This document shows positions 1 to 9,357 of a stretch of 64,000 nucleotides of DNA, piece by piece (position 1 is the stretch's first letter; the number at the start of each line of letters is the position of its first letter). The DNA comes from Dehalococcoidia bacterium (GTDB taxonomy: Bacteria; Chloroflexota; Dehalococcoidia; Lucifugimonadales; UBA3495). The notes under the pieces were generated by a model, which ran no database searches, was not told the DNA's origin, and saw only the letters and a program-made list of their open reading frames with translations. Both the position numbers and the translations under genes were made by a program. The stretch spans positions 8,684 to 72,683 of the forward strand of contig SHYG01000001.1 in assembly GCA_009692925.1 (NCBI GenBank), written 5' to 3'.

Positions 1-380
1 GCCTCCAGGATCTCCTGAGCCAGCCCTTGCCGCATTGGCACGCCTTTGCGCGCCTGGGCTGCGCTAATCAACCAGCGGGAGGCCAAAGCCTCGCTACGGG
101 TGGGACGTAGTTCGGTGGGAACCTGGTACGTGGCACCACCCACCCGGCGGGGCTTGACCTCCACCAGGGGTGTGACGTTCTTCACCGCCAGCTGAAACAC
201 TTCCAGCGCCGGCCGGTTAGCCTCAGATTCAATCTGCGTGAAGGCGGAGTATACAATCCGCTGGGCCGTGGACTTCTTCCCCCGTTCCATTATCCGGTTG
301 ATGAAGCGGGACAGCTCCACGCTGTTATATCGTGGGTCAGGAAGTATTGCGCGCGGCTCAGCGCGCCTTCGCCTGGACAT
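1..380 (-). CDS. rpsG: 30S ribosomal protein S7 (3' end runs off the window)
   Basis: Own translation of the minus strand from ATG at 380 gives MSRRRRAEPRAILPDPRYNSVELSRFINRIMERGKKSTAQRIVYSAF...VKPRRVGGATYQVP. It lies directly downstream of rpsL, as in the str operon. It is absent from the ORF track because it is open at the window edge. Confidence 0.9.
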   Translation of the reverse strand, partial: MSRRRRAEPRAILPDPRYNSVELSRFINRIMERGKKSTAQRIVYSAFTQIESEANRPALEVFQLAVKNVTPLVEVKPRRVGGATYQVPTELRPTRSEALASRWLISAAQARKGVPMRQGLAQEILE

Positions 381-480
381 ACATCACCACCTGTAATTTA
401 GAAGAACCGACGACCCGCTCGGCCAGCCCTGAAGAGGCTGCCTGGGTCGCCCGCCAAGTAAACCCGTATTAACCGATGCG

Positions 481-903
481 TCAGCCCGCTCCAGTGCTCG
501 AGGACGCGCCGTACTTGCTGCGTCCCTGCTGGCGGTTGCGCACACCCTCACAGTCCAGGGCGCCGCGCACTACGTGATAACGGACTCCAGGCAGGTCCTT
601 AACCCGGCCTCCCCGGACTAGCACTACCGAGTGCTCTTGCAGGTTGTGGCCTTCCCCGCCGATGTAGGCGGTGACTTCAAAGCCGTTAGTCAGCCGCACC
701 CTGGCGATCTTGCGCAGGGCAGAGTTGGGCTTTTTGGGCGTCATGGTGCGCACCTGGATGCACACTCCCCGGCGCTGGGGGCAACCATCTCCCCACTTGG
801 TGCGATTGCGCAATGAGTTCTGAACCCAATGCATCGCCGGGGCCTTGGTCTTGGCCCGCACTGTGCGGCGCCCCTTCCTTACTAACTGATTGACTGTAGG
901 CAT
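481..903 (-). CDS. rpsL: 30S ribosomal protein S12
   Basis: Track ORF 481..933. The canonical N-terminus [13 protein letters not shown] starts at ATG 903, and [10 protein letters not shown] and [16 protein letters not shown] are present. Stop is TGA. Confidence 0.95.
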   Translation of the reverse strand: MPTVNQLVRKGRRTVRAKTKAPAMHWVQNSLRNRTKWGDGCPQRRGVCIQVRTMTPKKPNSALRKIARVRLTNGFEVTAYIGGEGHNLQEHSVVLVRGGRVKDLPGVRYHVVRGALDCEGVRNRQQGRSKYGASSSTGAG

Positions 904-939
904 ATTCGGCTCCCGTTCACCATGTGGACGCAAGAGAGA

Positions 940-968
940 ACTGTATCAGCCGCCCCTCTTTGTGTCAA
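940..968 (-). promoter_or_regulatory. Putative sigma70-type promoter for rpsL-rpsG
   Basis: Minus strand reads TTGACA (963-968), a 17-nt spacer, then TACAGT (940-945), about 35 nt upstream of the rpsL start. Confidence 0.45.
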
Positions 969-1166
969 TAGAAATTGCCGGGCCCAAACCCGGTCATCCC
1001 GCGTCATCCCAAGGAATGCCAGGAATGCTGGGCACCGCCGCCCCCACTTTCTCACGCCGGTCTTCCGGCGTGCTACAATATCAGCGCTTTGGGTTAGCGA
1101 CTTCGGAACCCTGTGAGAATCAGGCACGCCTGGGATAGCCGAGAATCAAGGGAGCGGCAACGAACT

Positions 1167-1601
1167 ATGACGGGAAATGGGGCCACTGAAGGCGAGATGG
1201 AGGGCTTGGTGCTGCCCGACGACGGGGTGGTGGACCTGGCAGACCGTCTCACCGAGTATATGACCGAGATTGAGTTTGGGGGCTTGCCCGACATCATCGG
1301 CCAGGTGTTGGACGACTTCCTGGAGCAGTGCGGGGGCATGCCGGAAGATATGCACGACTCCAAGTCCTTTGAGCAGATTACCAACAACCAGCTGGCGGTG
1401 ACCCTGGCCTATCAGCTAGGCCGGCTGGAGGGCCGCTCGCCCCAGATCGTCCAGAGGCTGATCCACCAGGCGGCGGAGCGCTGGAAGGCCCGCCCCGTCG
1501 CGGAAGGGATGGACATCTCCGACGCCGACTTGCAGCATCCCAAAGAGCTGGTCTACCCTAGGTTGCGTCGCCTGGAGTACCCTGAGGGAGAAGAGGGGTA
1601 A
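1167..1601 (+). CDS. Hypothetical acidic protein
   Basis: Track ORF 1113..1601 with the first ATG at 1167. No recognisable motif. Coding-like composition and a TAA stop followed by a hairpin repeat. Confidence 0.45.
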   Translation: MTGNGATEGEMEGLVLPDDGVVDLADRLTEYMTEIEFGGLPDIIGQVLDDFLEQCGGMPEDMHDSKSFEQITNNQLAVTLAYQLGRLEGRSPQIVQRLIHQAAERWKARPVAEGMDISDADLQHPKELVYPRLRRLEYPEGEEG

Positions 1602-1637
1602 CAACATCAACTGGGACCGAGACTTACCCCATCCTAA

Positions 1638-1660
1638 CCTTCCCCCGTAAAGGGGGAAGG
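1638..1660. repeat. C5/G5 hairpin repeat (CCTTCCCCC-GTAAA-GGGGGAAGG)
   Basis: Perfect 9-bp inverted repeat read directly from the sequence. Same style as the hairpins at 10597, 10682, 17131, 41492 and 62183. Confidence 0.6.
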
Positions 1661-1759
1661 GATGAGTCTCCTCCCCGAAGAGGGCCCCGATGTTATCGGG
1701 GAAGGTGGGGGTGAAAAGCTCCACCAGGGCATTTTACTAGGGATTCTAAGGAGAGTCCG

Positions 1760-2941
1760 ATGACCTCGGCCGCACCCATCTACGACCTGCTCCTCAGAGG
1801 GGGAACCCTGCTGGACCCCGCTCAGGGAATCCACGGGCACCGGGACATCGCCTTCAAAGATGGCCTAGTGGCGGCAGTGGCCCCCCGGCTGGACCCCAGC
1901 CAGGCCGCCACGGTGGTGGAGGTCATGGGCAAGCTGGTGACGCCGGGCATGGTTGACTTGCACGGCCACTTCTACCACGGCGGCACCGGCAGCGCGGTCC
2001 ATGCCGACGAGACTTGCCTCTCTTCGGGAGTCACTACCGCGGTGGATGCCGGCAGTTCCGGCTTCCTTAATTATGGCGCCATGCGGGATTATGTCTTCCC
2101 GGCCCACCGCACCCGGCTGCTGGCCTTCCTGCACATCGGCGCCGGCGGGCTGGTGCTCAACCGCATCCTGGGCGGCGACCTGCACGACCTGCGGGCGGTG
2201 GACGTAGACCGCACCGCCGACATGATTAAGGAAAACCCCGGCGCACTCTTTGGAGTGAAGGTGCGCATGCACATCGACGCCGTGGCCCACTGGAACGCCA
2301 GCGCCGCCATGAAGCTGGCCCGCGCCGCCGCCGATCAATCCAAGGGCCGGCTGATGGTCCACGTCAGCGGCACTCCCATACCGCTGCCCGAGGTGCTGGA
2401 GCTCATGGGCCCCGGGGATATCGCCACCCATGCCTACAACGGCAACTACGAGAATATCCTGGACAAGGCGGGCCAAGTGCGGCCCGAAGTTTGGGCCGCA
2501 CGGAAGCGGGGCGTAATTCTGGACGTGGGCCACGCCGGGGTGCACTGCGACGTGGAAGTGGTCAAGGCGGCGCTCCAGCAGGGCCTGCCCCCCGACACCA
2601 TCAGCACCGACATTCACATTGGCCCGCCGGGGCGCATCGTGTATAAGATGAACGACCTGGTGAGCAAGTTCCACGCCCTGGGCATGTCCCTCAAGGACGC
2701 GGTGGCCGCCAGCACCTTCCGCCCGGCCCAGGTGCTGGGGCTGGCCGATTCCCTGGGCTCCCTGAAGCCCGGCATGGCCGGCGACGCCGCGGTGTTCGAC
2801 CTGCGAGAGGGCCGGTTCGTGTGGCATGACATGGCGGGGCACAACGTGGACGGCAAATTGCGGCTGGACACCTTCCTCACGGTGAGGAAAGGTGCGGTGT
2901 GCTGGCGAGAGGGCCACCTGACCGTCATGGGTGAGTGCTGA
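1760..2941 (+). CDS. Amidohydrolase-family metallohydrolase (dihydroorotase/deacetylase-like)
   Basis: 393 aa. N-terminal DLLLRGGTLLDP, VDLHGH metal-binding HxH, and later HVSG, ATHAYNG and STDIH motifs typical of the amidohydrolase superfamily. Confidence 0.8.
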   Translation: MTSAAPIYDLLLRGGTLLDPAQGIHGHRDIAFKDGLVAAVAPRLDPSQAATVVEVMGKLVTPGMVDLHGHFYHGGTGSAVHADETCLSSGVTTAVDAGSSGFLNYGAMRDYVFPAHRTRLLAFLHIGAGGLVLNRILGGDLHDLRAVDVDRTADMIKENPGALFGVKVRMHIDAVAHWNASAAMKLARAAADQSKGRLMVHVSGTPIPLPEVLELMGPGDIATHAYNGNYENILDKAGQVRPEVWAARKRGVILDVGHAGVHCDVEVVKAALQQGLPPDTISTDIHIGPPGRIVYKMNDLVSKFHALGMSLKDAVAASTFRPAQVLGLADSLGSLKPGMAGDAAVFDLREGRFVWHDMAGHNVDGKLRLDTFLTVRKGAVCWREGHLTVMGEC

Positions 2942-2942
2942 T

Positions 2943-3833
2943 ATGAAAATAGGCGCGTTTGAAGTAACAGGCCCAGCGCCGGAGCTGAAAGAGCCCCACG
3001 CCCTGGCGGTGCTGCGGCCCTGGATCGACGTGGGCAACGTGGGCAGCCTGAGCCTCAGCCGCCTGGAGCGCAACCTGCGCGCCACCGAGGTGGGCCGCTT
3101 GGCCCAACCGGGTCACTTTTACGACTTCACCCGGTACCGGCCTCGCTCCTACTTCGACCAGGGCGCCCGCAAGCTCTCGGTTCCCAACACCATCGTGCGC
3201 TGCGCCGTGCGAGAGACCGGCCCCGACCTGGTGTTCATCCACCTGCTGGAGCCTCATCTCTATGGAGAAGACTACGTGGACTCCATGCTGGAGATGCTGA
3301 ACTTCCTGGGCGTCCGCCGCTACTCCCTGGTTGGGGCAATGTACGACATGGTGCCGCACACCCGCCCGCTGTTGGTGTCGGGGCTGGCCAGCACCCCCCA
3401 GGGGCATGAGGAGAACCGCACGTTGGGCGCCAACCCTTCCACCTATGAAGGGCCTACCACCATTACCTTCATGATCCCCCAGCGGGGCGCCCAGGCCGGC
3501 ATGGAAACCCGCGGCTTTGTGGTTCACCTGCCCCAGTACCTGCAAGTGGACGAGGACTTCCGGGGCACCGCCCGCCTCACCGAAATCCTGTGCAAGCTCT
3601 ATAACCTGCCCGACTGGCTGATTGAGCAGGAGCGGGGCGTGCAGCAGTACGAGACCCTGCAGAAGACCGTCAGCGAGACCTCCGGCGCCGGCCCGCTGCT
3701 CCAGCAGTTGGAGGAGCGCTACGACCGGGACCAGCGGGAAAGCCAGCCGCCGCCCAACCTGTCCACCAACATGCAGGAGTTCCTGGAGGATATGGGCCGG
3801 GGCCTGGACCGCCCGCCGGAGTCCGGTTCCTAA
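2943..3833 (+). CDS. PAC2 (proteasome assembly chaperone-like) family protein
   Basis: Track ORF 2931..3833, with ATG at 2943. LRPWIDVGNVG, LLEPHLYGEDY and VPHTRPLLVSG resemble the PAC2/ATP-grasp-like family as I remember it. Confidence 0.55.
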   Translation: MKIGAFEVTGPAPELKEPHALAVLRPWIDVGNVGSLSLSRLERNLRATEVGRLAQPGHFYDFTRYRPRSYFDQGARKLSVPNTIVRCAVRETGPDLVFIHLLEPHLYGEDYVDSMLEMLNFLGVRRYSLVGAMYDMVPHTRPLLVSGLASTPQGHEENRTLGANPSTYEGPTTITFMIPQRGAQAGMETRGFVVHLPQYLQVDEDFRGTARLTEILCKLYNLPDWLIEQERGVQQYETLQKTVSETSGAGPLLQQLEERYDRDQRESQPPPNLSTNMQEFLEDMGRGLDRPPESGS

Positions 3834-3906
3834 GAGTGTGTGGCATATTCACGAGTCATCCCGGAATTCGGTATGCAGGGATGCCCATTGGGTCAACTTC
3901 GTCGTT

Positions 3907-3997
3907 CCGGCGGAGGCCGGAACCCATGGTGACAGTTCTGCATCCATCCTCCCATGTCTAAGCGAAGTGGTTGGATTCCGGCTTTCGCCGGAATGAC
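3907..3997. repeat. 91-nt double-hairpin repeat, copy 1 (GTTCCGGC-GGAG-GCCGGAAC ... ATTCCGGC-TTTC-GCCGGAAT)
   Basis: A second 91-nt copy lies at 10770..10860. Both share CCGGCGGAGGCCGGAACCCA, TGCATCCATC and GAAGTGGYTGGMTTCCGGCTTTCGCCGGAATGAC. Confidence 0.7.
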
Positions 3998-4015
3998 GAG
4001 AGCACCAGTGACGCC

Positions 4016-5365
4016 ATGTCTTTCAGCGTAACTCCGGCCCCCCCGTTAGTGCAGCTCCTGCAGAATTTAATCCGCTTTGACACCACCAACCCTCCCGGCA
4101 ACGAAGCCGCCTGCGTTAGCTACCTCAATCAACTCCTCATCCAGGCGGGGTGCCAAACCCAAGTGCTGGCCCGGGCGGACCTCCGCCCCAACCTGGTGTC
4201 CAGGCTCACGGGCCAGGGCCAGGCCCCGCCGCTGCTGCTGTACGGCCATCTGGACGTGGTGACCACCGCCGGCCAGCAGTGGGAGCAGCCGCCCTTCAGC
4301 GCCCGGCTGCTGGACGGGTACCTCTGGGGCCGGGGCGCTCTGGACATGAAGGGCGGCGTGGCAATGATGCTCTGGGCCTTCCTGCGGGCCAAGTCGGAGG
4401 GTCTGCAACTGCCCGGCGACGTGATTCTGGCGCTGGTGGGCGACGAAGAGGCCGGCGGGCAGTACGGCGCCGGGTTTCTGGTGGAGCAGCACCCCCATCT
4501 GTTCCAGGGCGTGCGCTACGCCATCGGTGAGTTCGGCGGCTTCAGCACCACCCTGGCCGGACGCCGCTTTTACCCCATCATGGTGTCGGAGAAGCAGACC
4601 TGCCGGGTGCAGATAACGGTGCGCGGACCGGGGGGCCACGGCTCGCTGGCGGGTCGCAACCACACCATGGCGGCCCTGGCCCAGGTGCTACACCGCCTGG
4701 ACCAGCATCGATTGCCGGTACACGTCACCGACCCGGCCCGGCTGATGCTCCAGGAGATTAGCCGGAACCTGCCCTGGGCCAAAGGGTTGGTGCTGCGGCA
4801 ACTGCTCAACCCGGCGGTGGCCCGCGTCATGCTGCCGCGCCTGGGCGCACTGGGCCGCACCTTGGACCCCCTGCTCCGCCACAACGTCAACGCCACGGTG
4901 GTGCGGGGCGGGGAGCAGGTCAACGTGCTGCCTAGTCAGATAGACCTGACCCTGGACGGGCGGCTGTTGCCCGGCTTTGGCCCCGATGACCTGCTGGCGG
5001 AGCTACGGCATCTCCTGGGCCGCCCCGGCGCTGCTTCCACTTCCATCGAAATGTCCCTGCTGCGGCACGTCCCTGGGCCATCCCGGCTGGACATGGGGCT
5101 GTTCAGCACCCTAGCCCGCATTCTGCGGCAGGCCGACCCGGAGGGGGTTCCCGTGCCCATGCTCCTGCCGGCGGCCACCGACGCCCGGTACTTTGCCCGG
5201 CTGGGCATCCAGACCTATGGGTTCCTGCCCATGCCGCTGGAACCCGGCTTTAACTTCCTGAGGACAATCCACGGCGCCAACGAACGCATCCCGGTGGCGG
5301 CGCTGGACTTTGGCGCCCAAGCCATTTACCAGCTACTAAAATCCTTTGGTCAAGCACCCGAATAG
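4016..5365 (+). CDS. M20/M25/M40 family metallopeptidase
   Basis: Track ORF 3971..5365. The TTG at 3971 lies inside the repeat, so the ATG at 4016 (MSFSVTPAPP) is preferred. Motifs YGHLDVV, WGRGALDMKGG and GDEEAGG are present. Confidence 0.85.
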   Translation: MSFSVTPAPPLVQLLQNLIRFDTTNPPGNEAACVSYLNQLLIQAGCQTQVLARADLRPNLVSRLTGQGQAPPLLLYGHLDVVTTAGQQWEQPPFSARLLDGYLWGRGALDMKGGVAMMLWAFLRAKSEGLQLPGDVILALVGDEEAGGQYGAGFLVEQHPHLFQGVRYAIGEFGGFSTTLAGRRFYPIMVSEKQTCRVQITVRGPGGHGSLAGRNHTMAALAQVLHRLDQHRLPVHVTDPARLMLQEISRNLPWAKGLVLRQLLNPAVARVMLPRLGALGRTLDPLLRHNVNATVVRGGEQVNVLPSQIDLTLDGRLLPGFGPDDLLAELRHLLGRPGAASTSIEMSLLRHVPGPSRLDMGLFSTLARILRQADPEGVPVPMLLPAATDARYFARLGIQTYGFLPMPLEPGFNFLRTIHGANERIPVAALDFGAQAIYQLLKSFGQAPE

Positions 5366-5466
5366 CCAGAACCGCATTCTTGGAGTAAAATACCAGCGCT
5401 CACCCGACCGGGGCCAGGGGCCACCGCAGATGAGCATCAGCAATTACAAGGCTGGAGGATAACTTC

Positions 5467-6057
5467 ATGGCAATGGCAGCAGAACCCGCAGCGAAGAACT
5501 CTCCGCTGATTCAACGTATGATTGGCGCGGCCAAACTCAACGTGCACACCTTTGAGGAAGTGGAAGGAGACCCCAAGGCCACCACCCAGGCGCTGACGGT
5601 GGTGATCATCGTGTCCCTGGCCTCGGCCATCGGCGCCGTGCTGGCCACCATTATGGCAGGGGGCGGCGCTGGGACCCTGGCGAAAGACGTGATATTCGGG
5701 GTGGTCCGCGGCATCGTGGTGTGGGGAGTGTGGGCGTTCTTGACCTACATCCTGGGCACCACGCTGTTCAAGACGCCGGATACCAAGGCCAATTGGGGCC
5801 AGTTGGCCCGGACCACCGGGTTCGCCCAGTCCCCTGGGGTGTTCCAGGCCCTGTTCTTCATACCAGTGGTTGGGCCGATCATCGCCGTGGTCTCCAGCAT
5901 CTGGCAGTTAGTCGCCATGGTGATCGCGGTGCGGCAGGCTCTGGACTACAAGAACACCTTGCGCGCGGTGGGCGTCGTGGTCGTCAGCTTCATCATCGTG
6001 CTTATCCCGCTCTTCCTCTTCGCCCGTGCGCTGGGAGTCGGCGGGATGTCTCGCTAG
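5467..6057 (+). CDS. Yip1-family membrane protein
   Basis: 196 aa. TFEEVEGDPKATTQALTVV is followed by several hydrophobic helices. GGAGGA Shine-Dalgarno (SD) sequence upstream. Confidence 0.7.
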   Translation: MAMAAEPAAKNSPLIQRMIGAAKLNVHTFEEVEGDPKATTQALTVVIIVSLASAIGAVLATIMAGGGAGTLAKDVIFGVVRGIVVWGVWAFLTYILGTTLFKTPDTKANWGQLARTTGFAQSPGVFQALFFIPVVGPIIAVVSSIWQLVAMVIAVRQALDYKNTLRAVGVVVVSFIIVLIPLFLFARALGVGGMSR

Positions 6058-6082
6058 ACCCCGTGCATCTCTACTAAACGGC

Positions 6083-6120
6083 CAGATGCCGGGGCGAGTC
6101 ATCCCTCGCCCCGGCATCTG
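6083..6120 (+). terminator. Stable hairpin downstream of the Yip1 gene (no U-tract)
   Basis: CAGATGCCGGGGCGAG / CTCGCCCCGGCATCTG form a perfect 16-bp stem with a 6-nt loop, 26 nt after the stop. Confidence 0.35.
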
Positions 6121-6131
6121 ATACGGTCTCC

Positions 6132-6165
6132 AAAAAAGTACAGCCCCCCAAATTGGGGGGGCTGT
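6132..6165 (-). terminator. Rho-independent terminator of the TPR gene
   Basis: ACAGCCCCCC / GGGGGGCTGT stem. On the minus strand it is followed by TTTTTT (complement of A-run 6132-6137), about 30 nt after the stop at 6194. Confidence 0.6.
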
Positions 6166-6193
6166 TTCACGTTCCGGGACTAGGCTGCGGGGT

Positions 6194-6988
6194 TTACTCT
6201 TCCCACTGGTCGTCCCGATCGCCCTCTTCCTTCTCCTTAACTCGCCCTTCTCCCTCGTCCTCGCCCTCCTCAGGCTCGTGGTCGTCCACGTAGCGGAGCA
6301 CGTCCTCACCAAGGTAAATGTTTTGCTCGTTCCTGCTGGTGGATGGGAAGGAGCAAACTCCCTGCAGGCTGGGGTGCCGAAGGGTCTCCCGCATAATCAC
6401 GGATATTCGCCGGTCGTTGACGCCGATGACCGCCGCGGTGTACTGGTTTCCCCCGCTCATCAGGCGCATCAGCCGCTTGCCCAACTTGGGCTCCACCGCT
6501 CCCAGGTACTCGTCGTCCCGCGTGAACACGCTAAGGGCCGGGCCTTGCACCATCAGTTTCACCGCGTCGCCGGGAGCCACGCTGGCCGCCACTCTGGCGC
6601 ACGCGGGCTTGTGGAGCACGGTGGTGCCCGACTTGCCGCTCTCTGCGATGAATAGCTGGGGCGTGCCGGCAGCCTTGCGCCCGCTCTTGCAGGGCGATGG
6701 CGCCGCCGCCAGTTGGGCCAGCCGGCCCAGGTTCTTCTTGGTGATGGTGTTGTAGGGAGAGAGGCCAACTACCCGGTCTAAGGCCTGCCGGGCCTCCTCG
6801 TACTTGCCCAACTCCATCAAGGCCTTGCCCAGCCGGTTCATGGCGTCCACGTCGTCGTCAAAAAGCTCCAAGATGGCGCGATTGACCTCTGTGGCCCGAT
6901 CCCACTCGCCTTTCAGGGCCAGATCAATGGCCTCTTTAGTCAGGTCGCGCTTGAGCTTGGTGCTGTTTCTAGTCTGAGTTATTCCCAT
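6194..6988 (-). CDS. TPR-repeat protein with an acidic C-terminal tail
   Basis: 264 aa. N-terminal TPR-like helices (GEWDRATEVNRAILE, GKYEEARQALDRVV) and an E/D-rich tail. Confidence 0.65.
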   Translation of the reverse strand: MGITQTRNSTKLKRDLTKEAIDLALKGEWDRATEVNRAILELFDDDVDAMNRLGKALMELGKYEEARQALDRVVGLSPYNTITKKNLGRLAQLAAAPSPCKSGRKAAGTPQLFIAESGKSGTTVLHKPACARVAASVAPGDAVKLMVQGPALSVFTRDDEYLGAVEPKLGKRLMRLMSGGNQYTAAVIGVNDRRISVIMRETLRHPSLQGVCSFPSTSRNEQNIYLGEDVLRYVDDHEPEEGEDEGEGRVKEKEEGDRDDQWEE

Positions 6989-7261
6989 GATTTCCTATCC
7001 TGAGAGGTGCGCCCTGGACCGCCCCGACTCGCCGGGGCACCGGACATCGCCCCGTCCATCCGTTCTGCCAAAGTATTTATGTTCGCTGGTGCCTTCAAGT
7101 AGATACACTAAAGAAAACCGGTCTATTGGTCAAGGGTATTTTGGGGAGTTTGGTAGGAATTCCGTCTCAACCACATCACTAATAACCTGTCCGATAACCG
7201 CAGAGATTTTATGATTTGGCCGTCTCCCATCTTAGCAAAGAGTCCCGAAGGGTATATCTCA

Positions 7262-7316
7262 AAATCCCCTAATCCCGGCGAGAGACCGCCGAGGGGCCGA
7301 GATTTGGGGATTAAAT
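7262..7316. repeat. (AATCCCC)n / (GGGGATT)n inverted heptad repeat, copy 1
   Basis: AAATCCCCTAATCCC ... GATTTGGGGATTAAAT flank an inner CGGCG-AGAGAC-CGCCG hairpin, just downstream of the GT2 stop. Related copy at 20862..20925. Confidence 0.5.
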
Positions 7317-7338
7317 GAAGTGCGGGATTTGTGCCCTC

Positions 7339-8100
7339 TTACTCCGCCCGGCGATAGCGGCCCGTGAGGCTGCGCCAGCGGATCTTCAGCAAGTCCCGGG
7401 TCATGGCTGCCGAGTCCCGCAGAGGGTGGACGCGGCTCAACTGCCGGTAATGCCATTCAATGCCTGCCTCTCGGATCACCAGCCCAGCCTTCCGGGCCAG
7501 AAACAGTACCTCCACATCAAAGGCAAACCCATCCAGCGTTTGCCGCCGGAACAGGTCCGCCGCCACCTCGCCGCGAAAGCACTTGAACCCGCACTGGGTG
7601 TCTTGCAGGCCCGGCACCGCCAGGAGCCGCACCAGCCAGTTGTAGAACCGCCCCATGAGATGCCGGCGCCACGGCTCTCCCACTCTGCGGGCGCCCGCGG
7701 CCTCTCTAGATCCCACCACCACATCGACCCCCTCTATTTGGGGCGGCAGAAACCGCTCCACCTGGTGGATGGGCATGGAAAGGTCGGCGTCGCACATGAA
7801 ACGGTACTGGCCCGTAGCCGCCAGCATGCCCGCCTTCACCGCGCCGCCCTTGCCCTGGTGGGGTCGCTCCAGCAACCTAACCTGGGGATGGCGCAAGGCG
7901 AACTCAGCCACCAGGGCGAGGGTGTCGTCGCTGCTGCCGTCGTCCACCACCACCACCTCCCAGGCGTAGGGCCGGGTGGACAGGAATTCTGTCACCTGCT
8001 CCAGGCTGGACACAATGCGAGAGGCCTCGTTGTAGGCCGGCACTATTATAGATAGCCGGGGGGAGAGCAGTGGCTGATCCGCAGAAGTGCCGGTGCTCAC
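7339..8100 (-). CDS. Family 2 glycosyltransferase (dolichyl/polyprenyl-phosphate glycosyltransferase-like)
   Basis: 253 aa with IIVPAYNE, VVVVDDGSSDDT and MCDADLS (DxD). Confidence 0.85.
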   Translation of the reverse strand: MSTGTSADQPLLSPRLSIIVPAYNEASRIVSSLEQVTEFLSTRPYAWEVVVVDDGSSDDTLALVAEFALRHPQVRLLERPHQGKGGAVKAGMLAATGQYRFMCDADLSMPIHQVERFLPPQIEGVDVVVGSREAAGARRVGEPWRRHLMGRFYNWLVRLLAVPGLQDTQCGFKCFRGEVAADLFRRQTLDGFAFDVEVLFLARKAGLVIREAGIEWHYRQLSRVHPLRDSAAMTRDLLKIRWRSLTGRYRRAE

Positions 8101-8112
8101 GGGCGTCCGGAG

Positions 8113-9357
8113 CTACGGCCCCTGTTCCAGATGGAACCCCCGGTGCAGCAGCCGCACCGCCTCTTTGACCTGGCTCTCCTGTACGATGCAGGAGATGCGG
8201 ATCTCCGAAGTGGTGATCATGTCGATGTTAATGTTGCCGTCGGCCAGGATGCGGAACATGCGCGAGGCGTAGCCGGGGCTGTTCTGCATCCCCGACCCGA
8301 CAATGCTCACCGAGGCCAGACCAGGGTCGGTGACCACCTCCGTGCCGCCGAGCTTCTTCAGCAGCGCCTGCACCTCCCGCACCGCCCGCGCCAACTCAGT
8401 GCGGTTGACGGTGAAGCTGATGTCCGTGGTGCGCTCCACGCCGGTGTTCTGAACTATGGTGTCCACGTTGACCCCGGCGGCGGCCAGCGGCTCAAACAGC
8501 GCCGCCGCCACTCCCGGCCGGTCCGGCACGGAGCGCACGGTGATCTTGGCCACGTTGGTCTGGTAGGCGATTCCCGTTACTTTAATGCGGTTTTCCATAG
8601 CACTCTCACCCGGCCCACGCGGCCCATGCGGTCCATGATAGATTAGCGTGCCTGGGGCATCACTGAAGCTGGAGGCCACGTAAATGGGCACCTGATAGTA
8701 GGCCCCTAGCTCAATGGCCCGAGGGTGCATCTTGGCCCCGTAGCTGGCCAGCTCCAGCATCTCGTCGTAGTCGATTTCCGGAATCTTGCGGGCTTCAGGC
8801 ACCACCCGCGGGTCGGCGGTGTAGATGCCCTCCACGTCGGTATACACCTCGCAGCGGTCTGCCTTAAGCGCGGCCGCCAGGGCCACGGCGGTGGTGTCCG
8901 AACCGCCCCGTCCCAGGGTGGTGATGTCCATATCCTCAGTCATGCCCTGGAACCCAGCCACCACCACGGTGCGACCCTCCCGCAACTCCTTCTGCACCCG
9001 GGCGGGGTCTACCTGGAAGATGCGCGCCTTGCCGTAGGTAGTGTCGGTACGGATGCCGGCCTGGAAGCCGCTGAGGCTGATGGCGTCGTAGCCCAGGCCG
9101 CGCAGGGCCATGGCCAGCAGGGTGCACGACACCAGTTCCCCAGTGGACAAGAGCAGGTCCAGCTCCCGGGGCTCCGGCTCCGCAGCCACGCTGTGGGCCA
9201 GCTTAATCAGGTCGTCGGTGGTGTCCCCCATCGCCGACACCACCGCCACCACCTGGGCGCCGGTGTCCCGCACCCCGGCGATGCGGCGGGCCACGTTCAG
9301 GATGCGCTGGGCGTCCGCCACGGAGCTGCCCCCGTACTTGTGCACCAGCAGCGTCAC
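8113..9357 (-). CDS. lysC: Aspartate kinase
   Basis: 414 aa with VHKYGGSSV and C-terminal ACT-like halves. The GTG start overlaps the thrB TGA (GTGA). Stop is TAG. Confidence 0.95.
   Translation of the reverse strand: MTLLVHKYGGSSVADAQRILNVARRIAGVRDTGAQVVAVVSAMGDTTDDLIKLAHSVAAEPEPRELDLLLSTGELVSCTLLAMALRGLGYDAISLSGFQAGIRTDTTYGKARIFQVDPARVQKELREGRTVVVAGFQGMTEDMDITTLGRGGSDTTAVALAAALKADRCEVYTDVEGIYTADPRVVPEARKIPEIDYDEMLELASYGAKMHPRAIELGAYYQVPIYVASSFSDAPGTLIYHGPHGPRGPGESAMENRIKVTGIAYQTNVAKITVRSVPDRPGVAAALFEPLAAAGVNVDTIVQNTGVERTTDISFTVNRTELARAVREVQALLKKLGGTEVVTDPGLASVSIVGSGMQNSPGYASRMFRILADGNINIDMITTSEIRISCIVQESQVKEAVRLLHRGFHLEQGP

Noticed and set aside
481-525. The non-basic S12 C-terminal tail (..[13 protein letters not shown]) as a frameshift
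   Set aside because: The alternative frames give no S12-like basic tail and run far into the intergenic region. The tail is unusual but the simplest reading is a genuine variant.
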